This document shows positions 19,316 through 26,774 of a stretch of DNA of 64,000 nt, piece by piece. This DNA is from Bacteroidales bacterium (GTDB lineage Bacteria; Bacteroidota; Bacteroidia; Bacteroidales; VadinHA17). The notes beneath the pieces are model-generated. The model made no database searches and was not told where the DNA came from. It was given only the letters and a program-made list of their open reading frames with translations. Made by a program: the position numbers and the translations under genes. Location: the NCBI GenBank assembly GCA_035530515.1, contig DATKUO010000223.1:686-64685 (forward strand), in the 5' to 3' direction. Each line of letters begins with the position of its first letter. Within the stretch, counting starts at the first letter, position 1.

Positions 19316-19331
19316 ACTTGTATTTACAAGT
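19316..19331. promoter_or_regulatory. Candidate GntR-type operator: perfect inverted repeat ACTTGTA-TT-TACAAGT
   Basis: The palindrome is read directly in the E2/GntR divergent intergenic region. It fits the generic GntR-family operator shape (GT...AC core inside an AT-rich palindrome). Confidence 0.45.
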
Positions 19332-19389
19332 AAAAATATATATATTTACATAATATACTAAAAATACTTAAAGTGAGCTAGAGTATGGA

Positions 19390-20130
19390 GTGACTAAAGT
19401 TAAAATCTCAATAATGAATAATCCTAAATCCATTCCTCAGTACCGGAGGCTATATGAGATTCTCAGGAAGCATATTCTCGATGGTGTTTATAAAGAGGGC
19501 GATCTGTTGCCATCAGAGAATGAGTTGTGCAAGATATATGGCATGACACGTCCAACTGTTCGGCAATCGCTAAGTACACTGGCACAGGGTGGGTATATTA
19601 TAAAACATCAAGGGAAAGGTAGTATTGTTCATCACTTTTCAAAAGAGATTGGTATTCTATCTATCTCTGGTACAACATCTGCAGTAGCTGATCGTAACCT
19701 GAAAACAAAGATCATTATAAAACCAGTACTAATGCCATGGCCAGATGATTTTATGTTTACACTTACTGGGCTGGAAATTGAATCAGGTTGTATTTACATG
19801 GAAAGGCTCAGGCTCCTCGACGATGTCCCCATATTCTACGATATCAGTTATTTAGCTAATATTAATCTGCCCAGAATCACATCACGGCAATTTGAAAACA
19901 GATCACTCTTTCAGATATTGAGAGACCATTACAGTATTGAGATAAAAGGAGGTACTCAAAGGATCAAAGCTATCCAATCTACAGTTAAAATCAGCAGGTT
20001 TCTATATCTGAAGAAAGATCAGCCTGTACTCCATCTCGAAAGAAAAATGGAAACAAACAACCCCACACTTTTTCTCTACTCCTCAATTTTTTGCAACACA
20101 GAAAAATATTCTATTTTCGGTAGGTTTTGA
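19390..20130 (+). CDS. GntR-family transcriptional regulator, HutC/UTRA subfamily
   Basis: The winged-HTH reads LPSENELCKIYGMTRPTVRQSLSTLAQGGYIIKHQGKGSIV, followed by a UTRA-like C-terminal domain. The track start is a GTG at 19390; an in-frame ATG at 19414 is an alternative start. Confidence 0.85.
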   Translation: MTKVKISIMNNPKSIPQYRRLYEILRKHILDGVYKEGDLLPSENELCKIYGMTRPTVRQSLSTLAQGGYIIKHQGKGSIVHHFSKEIGILSISGTTSAVADRNLKTKIIIKPVLMPWPDDFMFTLTGLEIESGCIYMERLRLLDDVPIFYDISYLANINLPRITSRQFENRSLFQILRDHYSIEIKGGTQRIKAIQSTVKISRFLYLKKDQPVLHLERKMETNNPTLFLYSSIFCNTEKYSIFGRF

Positions 20131-20306
20131 TTATCAGAGTCAGGGCATTCAAATGAAATGGCATAATGTGTAATGGTTGTTGTGCATGAATTTAAATAAT
20201 TGTTATTGTAAAAGAAAAAAGTTTAAATTTATAGCTGATAACTTTCCTGTCTGATTATAATAATGTTAGTATATATTTAATTTTATCTAGAAAGAAAAGC
20301 AAACTT

Positions 20307-21632
20307 ATGAAAGATCAAAAAAAAATGTGGTCGAGACGGCAGTTTCTCGGTTCTACAGCACTGGGGATGGCCGGTTTAGCAGTAATTCCAGTATTAACAA
20401 CTTCGTGTAAAACAAAAACAAGTGCAAGTACTGACATAAGGCTCGGATTTATCGGCATGGGTCGTCAATCAATGTTTCTTCTGAATGGATTCCTGCAGAT
20501 ACCTGGTGTTCAGGTTCTGGCAGGTTGTGATGTATATGGCATCAAAAGGAAACGTTTTGAAAAGAGGGTAACAGAGTTTTATGCAAAAGCCGGACAGGAA
20601 GCAAAGGTTGATACTTATGAGAAGTTTGAGGATCTGTTGGCCAGAGAAGATATTGATGCTGTTGTTATTGCCGTTCCAGATCATTCTCATGCCAGGATAG
20701 CTATTGCAGCATGCAAGGCAGGAAAAGATATTTATCTTGAAAAACCAATGACATTTACAATCAGGGAAGGTCAGGAATTAAAGAAGGCAGTCCGCGAGAA
20801 TAACAGGGTTTTTGGACTCGGCAGTCAGCAGCGTTCTGATCCGGGTTTCCAGCATGCCGTTAATCTTGTACAGACAGGCGCTCTGGGAAAAATTACTCTG
20901 GTTAATGCTTATGTAGGAGCTCCTCCGACACCTTATAATTTACCTGAAGAGCCAATACCTGCTGATCTTAACTGGGATATGTGGTTAGGTTCGCTCCCTG
21001 AAGCAATCCATTTTAATAATGAGCTGGATCCTCCTATTTCGCTTGACCCTCCGGAAGATGAGAAAATATGGGGAGCATGGCGCTGGTATAAAGAGATGGG
21101 CGGCGGATTTACCACCGACTGGGGAGCTCATATGTTTGATATTGCACAGTGGGGACTTGGAATGGACCGCAGTGGTCCCGTTGAAGCTTCACCTATTGGC
21201 GATGGCACTGAATTTATGTCATTTAAATATGCTGATGGTGTGGTTATGACCTCTGAACCATTTGACGAGAAGATGACAAAAGGGGTGAAGTTCTGGGGAG
21301 AAGATGGATGGATAGAAGTCTCAAGAGGATACTTCAACGCTTCTGATCCAAAATTCATGCCAGCAGAATCTGTTGTTGAAGAAGGGCCTTATGAAACTAA
21401 AATACCCCATCAGATTAACTTTATAGAATCAGTTAAATCACGCCAGGATCCTGTCGTTCCTGTTGAGATAGGCCATAGTAGTTGTATAGTTTGCACCTTA
21501 GGAAACATAGCTTGCGATCTAAAAAGGAGTGTTAAATGGAATCCGGAAACTGAAACATTTGTGGATGATACCGATGGAGCAGCAACTGCAAAAATGCATT
21601 ATCAGTATCGTGAAGGTTATAAACTGGTTTAA
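20307..21632 (+). CDS. TAT-exported Gfo/Idh/MocA-family NAD(P)-dependent oxidoreductase (possibly GH109-like glycosidase or periplasmic sugar/inositol dehydrogenase)
   Basis: 441 aa. Twin-arginine motif SRRQFLGS, Rossmann RLGFIGMGRQS, and EKP motif (YLEKPM). Confidence 0.8.
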   Translation: MKDQKKMWSRRQFLGSTALGMAGLAVIPVLTTSCKTKTSASTDIRLGFIGMGRQSMFLLNGFLQIPGVQVLAGCDVYGIKRKRFEKRVTEFYAKAGQEAKVDTYEKFEDLLAREDIDAVVIAVPDHSHARIAIAACKAGKDIYLEKPMTFTIREGQELKKAVRENNRVFGLGSQQRSDPGFQHAVNLVQTGALGKITLVNAYVGAPPTPYNLPEEPIPADLNWDMWLGSLPEAIHFNNELDPPISLDPPEDEKIWGAWRWYKEMGGGFTTDWGAHMFDIAQWGLGMDRSGPVEASPIGDGTEFMSFKYADGVVMTSEPFDEKMTKGVKFWGEDGWIEVSRGYFNASDPKFMPAESVVEEGPYETKIPHQINFIESVKSRQDPVVPVEIGHSSCIVCTLGNIACDLKRSVKWNPETETFVDDTDGAATAKMHYQYREGYKLV

Positions 21633-21661
21633 TTAAAATCCATCTTTCACAAATATTTTTT

Positions 21662-21709
21662 ACCTCTCCCCAACCCCGAACGAAGCATCGGGGAACAGGG
21701 GGGTGAGGT
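21662..21709 (+). other. GC-rich nested stem-loop between two co-oriented genes
   Basis: The inner stem CCCCGA/TCGGGG (loop ACGAAGCA) is nested inside an imperfect outer stem ACCTCTCCCC/GGGGGGTGAGGT. No T-run follows it. Confidence 0.5.
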
Positions 21710-21777
21710 GAGATATCAGGAGAAAAGCAGGTATGCTTATTTAACTTATTGGTTGTCATATATTTATAATTAGTGCA

Positions 21778-24573
21778 ATGAGATATTCTAAATTGCTGGT
21801 TTTGATAACTATTGTAGTCATCATCTTTAACGGTTGCACTAGTACAAGAAACGACCCTTTTATCATTTCTGCACCTGCAGAAAGTCTATATACATCAATT
21901 AATATAGAAGGTATTACCGTGATACCTAATGGGCGTTTACTCACACCTGCCGGAAAAAACCTTGTTGTTGCGCCTCATCCTTTCGGACTTGCTCTTAGCA
22001 GGAACGGAGAAATAGCTGTAACAGCCAATTCAGGTGTTAAACCTTTGTCAATTTCTATAATAAGGAATCTGAATTCATCTCCTGAGGTCATACAGGTACC
22101 TCCTGGGTTCTCTAATGACGCAGGGGTGCTTGAATCGGTTTTTATGGGATTGGCCATTTCCCCAGGGAATGATAAGGTATATGTTGCATCAGGTCAGGGC
22201 AATAGCATTCTTATTTTTGACCTGCAAACAGGTATTAAAGTCGACTCTGTTGATTGTTCTGTTTCTGAGGATGGTACAAAATTTCCCGATGGCTATATAG
22301 GTGATATGACCTTATCCAAAGATGGAAATTACATCTTTGCTGTGGACCAGACAAATTTTCGTCTTGTAATTGTTGATACCCGTAAAATGCAGGTTATTAA
22401 TTCGGTACCTGTTGGACGTTATCCATTTGGTGTTGCTCTAACAAATGATGAGAAAAAGGTATATGTTGCAAATGTTGGTATGTTCCAGTATAGCAAAATC
22501 GGGAATATTGAAGAGACTGCAGACTATAAAAGAGCTTTAGATTTTCCTGCTTTCGGTTACAATACTGATGAGATGAGGAACGGGATTATTTCCGATTCAC
22601 TAATCATTCCGGGTCTTGGAGACCCAAATAGTGATATGGCTGTTTCTGTATGGGCTATTTCTATAGAAGATATAACTAACCCAATGGTAACTGCTAAAAT
22701 TAAAACCGGGAACCTTGTTGATCAGATAGTTGATGGTATTTCTGCTGTCGGAGGATCCAGCCCAAACTCGCTGATTGCCACAAAAGACTGGATATTTGTG
22801 AGCAATGGCAATAATGACAATATAACCGTTATTGACATTAAAAATGACTCTATTGTCAGAGATATATTTTTAAAACCTGTTAATGCACTAAAACATTTCA
22901 GAGGAGTTATCCCGTTCGGATTAGCAGTCTCACCTGATGAAAAACAACTATATGTAGCTGAAGCAGGGATTAACGCAATAGGGGTTATTGACCTTCCCTC
23001 ATTTACGGTTACTGGCCATATACCTACAGGTTGGTTCCCTTCAAAACTGAAAGTAACTCCTGATGGTAAAAATATTATTGTTACTAATGCAAAGGGTTAT
23101 GGGAGTGGTCCTAACGGTGGGGAAAATTTTATTGAAGGAGGTGAAGGTACTTATATCGGTAATCTTATGAAGGGTACAATTGCTATAATTCAAATCCCAT
23201 CTAAAAAGGAGCTAAAGAAGATGACCGCCAAGGTGATTAGCAATAATTTCCACAGGGAGAAGGCAGGATCGTTATTAAAAACCCGTAAGGATAATCCTAT
23301 CCCACTTTATGGGGGGCAAAAGGATTCTCCTATTAAGCATATTGTATTTATATCAAAAGAAAACCGTACTTATGATGAAATATTCGGACAGGTGAAGAAA
23401 GGAGAAGGGGATCCTTCTATAGCACGATATGGTTATAATGTCTCCTTTTCAAACAGCGACAGAACAAGAATAGTAGAAGATGCCACAGTGATGGCTAATC
23501 ATCTTAAACTGGCTTCACAGTTTGCTATTGGGGATAATTTTTATGTTGACTCTGATGTTTCAGCCGATGGTCACAGATGGCTGGTAAATACATATCCAAA
23601 TGAATGGGTAGAAACTTGTACTCCTGCCAGTTATGGAGGTAATAGGGAATATAATCCTGCTTCAAAAGCTCCTGGAAGTCTTGGTATGAATGGCGCAGCG
23701 GGAGCTATATACCCTGAAGATTATAATGAGTCAGGTTCAATGTGGGATCATCTTGAACGGAACAGTATCGACTTTTTTAATTTTGGTTTCAGTGTAATGT
23801 TTGAGCCGGCATTTTATGATGAGTCGTTCAAATATACCGGTATAAAACAGTTTGCTAACTTTCCTGTTCCGACACCAATATTCAGCAAGACATCAAGACA
23901 ATACCCAACTTATAATACTTCAATTCCTGATCAGTTCAGGGTAAGCCAGTTTATTAATGAGTTTGACGAGAAGTGGATGACAGGAGATAAACCAATGCCT
24001 CAGATGCTTACCATCATTATTCCTAATGATCATGGAGCTGGTGAACGGCCTGATGCAGGTTATCCTTTCAGAGAAAGTTATATGGCAGATAATGATCTGG
24101 CTGTTGGCAGGATAGTTGAGTTCTTATCTCACACTCCATACTGGAAAAATATGGCTATAATTATTACTGAGGATGATGCACAGAATGGTGTTGATCATAT
24201 TGATGCACACAGAAGTATTCTGATGGTTATTTCACCTTATTCTCAAAAAGACTATGTGAGTAAAGTGCATTACAGTTTTGGTAGTATCTTTAAAACATTC
24301 TGGAATATCCTGGGACTCCCTTATTTGAATCAATATGATGCCGGCGCAACTGATTTATCAGATATGTTTACCGGAGTTCCTGACTTTACTCCATATAATG
24401 CAATACCCTCCGATATCAGAATATTTGATCCACAGAAAGCATTGACTCCACTTGATGAAAATTTTAACTGGGATTCACTTTTCGAATCGCCGATACTTGA
24501 TGATCCGAAAGAGATGATAAAAGATCAAAAGGAAAAAGCAGAATACAGGGTGGAGGATCAAAAGAAAAAGTAA
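21778..24573 (+). CDS. Lipoprotein with N-terminal YVTN/YncE-type beta-propeller and C-terminal phosphoesterase (phospholipase C/acid phosphatase family) domain
   Basis: 931 aa. Lipobox IFNGC and repeated propeller strands (KVYVASGQGNSILIFD, KKVYVANVG, KQLYVAEAGINAIGVID) are present. The C-terminal HIVFISKENRTYDEIFG and DDAQNGVDHIDAHRS are typical of the phosphoesterase family. Confidence 0.75.
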   Translation: MRYSKLLVLITIVVIIFNGCTSTRNDPFIISAPAESLYTSINIEGITVIPNGRLLTPAGKNLVVAPHPFGLALSRNGEIAVTANSGVKPLSISIIRNLNSSPEVIQVPPGFSNDAGVLESVFMGLAISPGNDKVYVASGQGNSILIFDLQTGIKVDSVDCSVSEDGTKFPDGYIGDMTLSKDGNYIFAVDQTNFRLVIVDTRKMQVINSVPVGRYPFGVALTNDEKKVYVANVGMFQYSKIGNIEETADYKRALDFPAFGYNTDEMRNGIISDSLIIPGLGDPNSDMAVSVWAISIEDITNPMVTAKIKTGNLVDQIVDGISAVGGSSPNSLIATKDWIFVSNGNNDNITVIDIKNDSIVRDIFLKPVNALKHFRGVIPFGLAVSPDEKQLYVAEAGINAIGVIDLPSFTVTGHIPTGWFPSKLKVTPDGKNIIVTNAKGYGSGPNGGENFIEGGEGTYIGNLMKGTIAIIQIPSKKELKKMTAKVISNNFHREKAGSLLKTRKDNPIPLYGGQKDSPIKHIVFISKENRTYDEIFGQVKKGEGDPSIARYGYNVSFSNSDRTRIVEDATVMANHLKLASQFAIGDNFYVDSDVSADGHRWLVNTYPNEWVETCTPASYGGNREYNPASKAPGSLGMNGAAGAIYPEDYNESGSMWDHLERNSIDFFNFGFSVMFEPAFYDESFKYTGIKQFANFPVPTPIFSKTSRQYPTYNTSIPDQFRVSQFINEFDEKWMTGDKPMPQMLTIIIPNDHGAGERPDAGYPFRESYMADNDLAVGRIVEFLSHTPYWKNMAIIITEDDAQNGVDHIDAHRSILMVISPYSQKDYVSKVHYSFGSIFKTFWNILGLPYLNQYDAGATDLSDMFTGVPDFTPYNAIPSDIRIFDPQKALTPLDENFNWDSLFESPILDDPKEMIKDQKEKAEYRVEDQKKK

Positions 24574-24590
24574 AAGATATTTAGTGATAT

Positions 24591-24626
24591 AAAAAAAAAG
24601 GCTGAACATTAATGTTACAGCCTTTT
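24591..24626. terminator. Bidirectional rho-independent terminator
   Basis: The sequence is A9-GGCTGAACATTAATGTTACAGCC-TTTT. The stem is GGCTG/CAGCC plus AACA/TGTT, flanked by an A-run and a T-run. It lies between the convergent phosphoesterase and csp genes. Confidence 0.75.
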
Positions 24627-24645
24627 GGTGTTAGTTTGAGTAAGA

Positions 24646-24843
24646 TTAATCTACTCTTTTTACATTGACGGCGACAGGTCCTTTTTCTCTCTCTTCAACT
24701 TCAAATTCAACTGCCTGGCCTGCCTCAAGTTCGGTATGGGAAACTTCTAAACCAGATCGGTGGATAAAGATATCCTTTTCATCAACTGTCTGAAGGAATC
24801 CATAACCTTTTACTCTGTCATACCATTTAACAGTACCTTTCAT
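24646..24843 (-). CDS. Cold-shock domain protein (CspA family)
   Basis: 65 aa from the ATG at 24843: MKGTVKWYDRVKGYGFLQT...FIHRSGL. The longer 115-aa track ORF is an upstream extension that overlaps the RRM gene. Confidence 0.9.
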   Translation of the reverse strand: MKGTVKWYDRVKGYGFLQTVDEKDIFIHRSGLEVSHTELEAGQAVEFEVEEREKGPVAVNVKRVD

Positions 24844-24862
24844 AGTTTTAATTTTTTGTTTC

Positions 24863-25180
24863 CTACCTGTAGCTGTCTCTTCTGTTACCACCGCCACCTC
24901 TGTGGTCATCTCCTCCTCTGAAATTACTTCTTCTGTCTGTCCTTTCAATGGATTCATTAACAATGATGTTTCTGCCGCTAACTTCAGCTCCATTCAATTC
25001 TTCGATAGCTTTTTTTGCTTCAGCTTCATTCGGCATCTCAACGAAACCAAATCCTTTGCTTTTCCCAGAGTATTTGTCAATAATGATTTTTGCGGATGTT
25101 ACTTCGCCATACTCTTCAAAGATTTCTTTTAATTCTGCTTCATTCATTTTAAAATGAAGACTTCCTACGTAAATGTTCAT
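24863..25180 (-). CDS. RRM-domain RNA-binding protein with Arg/Gly-rich tail
   Basis: 105 aa. RNP-2 is IYVGSL and RNP-1 is KGFGFVEM. The C-terminal tail reads RGGDDHRGGGGNRR. Confidence 0.9.
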   Translation of the reverse strand: MNIYVGSLHFKMNEAELKEIFEEYGEVTSAKIIIDKYSGKSKGFGFVEMPNEAEAKKAIEELNGAEVSGRNIIVNESIERTDRRSNFRGGDDHRGGGGNRRDSYR

Positions 25181-25366
25181 AATTCAATAATTAAAGTATT
25201 TATAAAACAGGGACAAAGGTCACATTTATTTTTGAAAACAAAAAATAAATAGTCATAATATATTGTATTTTAATGGTTTTTTGGTCCAGATGTCATTTGA
25301 AAAACATTTTAGAGCAATGTTTCATAGTCATTACTTCGTTCCTCAACCAGTTGCCCGTTGCCCTTC

Positions 25367-26137
25367 CTACTTCCTGTTCCTGATGTAGATATGTTTAATA
25401 TGATTCTGCCCTGATTCCCTTTCATCTATCTCAAAATCAAGAGATCTGATAAGCGGAGTGAGCTTTGGAAACCCAAAATTCCTTGGATCAAAATCAGGTT
25501 GCTTTTTCAGTATAAGGTTGCCAACATCACCTAGATATGCCCAGCCATTTTCATCTGCAATATCTGTGATTGAAGAGGCAATCAGCCTTTTAACGATCCT
25601 GGTTGGTTCAAGTGGATCACTATCTTCTGTTTTTTTCTTTTTTACTACCGGTTTCCCTCTTCTTTTTGGCTCTGCCTGAGGTTCTCCAACAGCCGTTGAA
25701 GTGATTATTTCAAGGTATATGAATTTATCACATGCAACTATAAAGGGATAGGGCGTCTTTTTTTCACCAATACCAATAACTTTCATACCAGCTTCCCGTA
25801 ACCTTGTGGCCAGTCGGGTGAAATCACTGTCGCTTGAAACAATACAAAAGCCATCTATCTTGCCGGAATAGAGTATGTCCATGGCATCAATAATCATAGC
25901 TGAGTCGGTGGAATTCTTACCCTTGGTATAACCGTACTGCTGAACAGGTGTTATGGCATTCTCCAGTAAAACGGATTTCCATCCTGCAATAGTCGGTTTT
26001 GTCCAGTCTCCGTAAATTCTTTTAAATGTGGGAGTTCCGTACTTTGCTATCTCTTCCAGCATCCCCTTTACATTACTGTAAGGAATATTGTCGGCATCAA
26101 TTAAAACAGCCAGACGTAAATCGTTTAATGTATGCAT
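25367..26137 (-). CDS. NYN (LabA-like PIN-fold) domain protein with C-terminal OST-HTH/LOTUS domain
   Basis: 256 aa. LAVLIDADNIP and CIVSSDSDFTRLATRLRE are typical NYN motifs. The C-terminal GWAYLGDVGNLILKKQPDFDPRNFGFPKLTPLIRSL is typical OST-HTH. Confidence 0.8.
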   Translation of the reverse strand: MHTLNDLRLAVLIDADNIPYSNVKGMLEEIAKYGTPTFKRIYGDWTKPTIAGWKSVLLENAITPVQQYGYTKGKNSTDSAMIIDAMDILYSGKIDGFCIVSSDSDFTRLATRLREAGMKVIGIGEKKTPYPFIVACDKFIYLEIITSTAVGEPQAEPKRRGKPVVKKKKTEDSDPLEPTRIVKRLIASSITDIADENGWAYLGDVGNLILKKQPDFDPRNFGFPKLTPLIRSLDFEIDERESGQNHIKHIYIRNRK

Positions 26138-26245
26138 AATTCAGTTTAGGTTAACTGACTGCAATTTAACACTTTTTTCCCGTTATCTCTGTAATGTTGA
26201 GCCGGAGTTTAAGTTGTCATATCATATAAAAATGAAGAATTTTAT

Positions 26246-26253
26246 TAACTTTG
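26246..26253 (+). promoter_or_regulatory. Candidate -7 promoter box TAACTTTG upstream of the Thx-like gene
   Basis: It matches TAnnTTTG and lies 45 nt upstream of the ATG at 26299. Confidence 0.35.
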
Positions 26254-26298
26254 CTTCTGCCCTGAAAATGGGTATAAATCTAATCAAAACCAATTAAT

Positions 26299-26655
26299 AT
26301 GGGAAAAGGTGATAAAAAATCAAGAAGAGGTAAAATAATTCTTGGCACTTTTGGCGTTAGACGTCCCAGGAAGAAAGCAAATAAACCTGAAATTAAGCCG
26401 GCAAAAGTTATAAGAGCGAATGAAAAGAAAGATATTAAGCCTGTAAAAGAGGTTAAAGAAGTAAATGTGATTAAAGAAGAAACTGTTGCAAAAGTGCCAA
26501 TACCAGCAAAAGAGATTAAAGAAGTGAAGGTGGTTAAAGAAAAAACTGTTGCAAAAGCGTCGAAGCCTGCAAAGGGAAAGAAAGAAGTTAAAACGCAAGT
26601 AAAAGTGGAAAAGACTCCTAAGGAGACAAAACCTAAAAAAGAGAAGAAGAACTAA
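26299..26655 (+). CDS. Ribosomal protein Thx motif fused to a repetitive lysine-rich (histone-H1-like) tail
   Basis: The N-terminus MGKGDKKSRRGKIILGTFGVRRPRKK matches the Thx peptide as I recall it ([25 protein letters not shown] in Thermus). It is followed by about 90 aa of K/E/V/A/P-rich sequence containing a 21-aa tandem duplication. Confidence 0.65.
   Translation: MGKGDKKSRRGKIILGTFGVRRPRKKANKPEIKPAKVIRANEKKDIKPVKEVKEVNVIKEETVAKVPIPAKEIKEVKVVKEKTVAKASKPAKGKKEVKTQVKVEKTPKETKPKKEKKN
26446..26571 (+). repeat. 63-bp in-frame tandem duplication inside the Thx-like gene
   Basis: Copy 1 (26446-26508) encodes KEVKEVNVIKEETVAKVPIPA. Copy 2 (26509-26571) encodes KEIKEVKVVKEKTVAKASKPA. Confidence 0.85.
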
Positions 26656-26774
26656 AATACATATATATCGAAATCTTTAGGATAGTTGTATTTATTCTAT
26701 TCTTAAAGAAGACTTTAAGTATTATCTTCACTCCTGAAAACTTAAGTTGCTCGTGCCATCGTACACTCTAATTA

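Noticed and set aside
24646-24993. A 115-aa track ORF that overlaps the 3' end of the RRM gene.
   Set aside because: Only the last 65 codons (from the ATG at 24843, MKGTVKWYDRVKGYGF) form a cold-shock domain. The upstream 50 codons are an out-of-frame read of the RRM gene's Arg/Gly tail. I call 24646-24843 instead.
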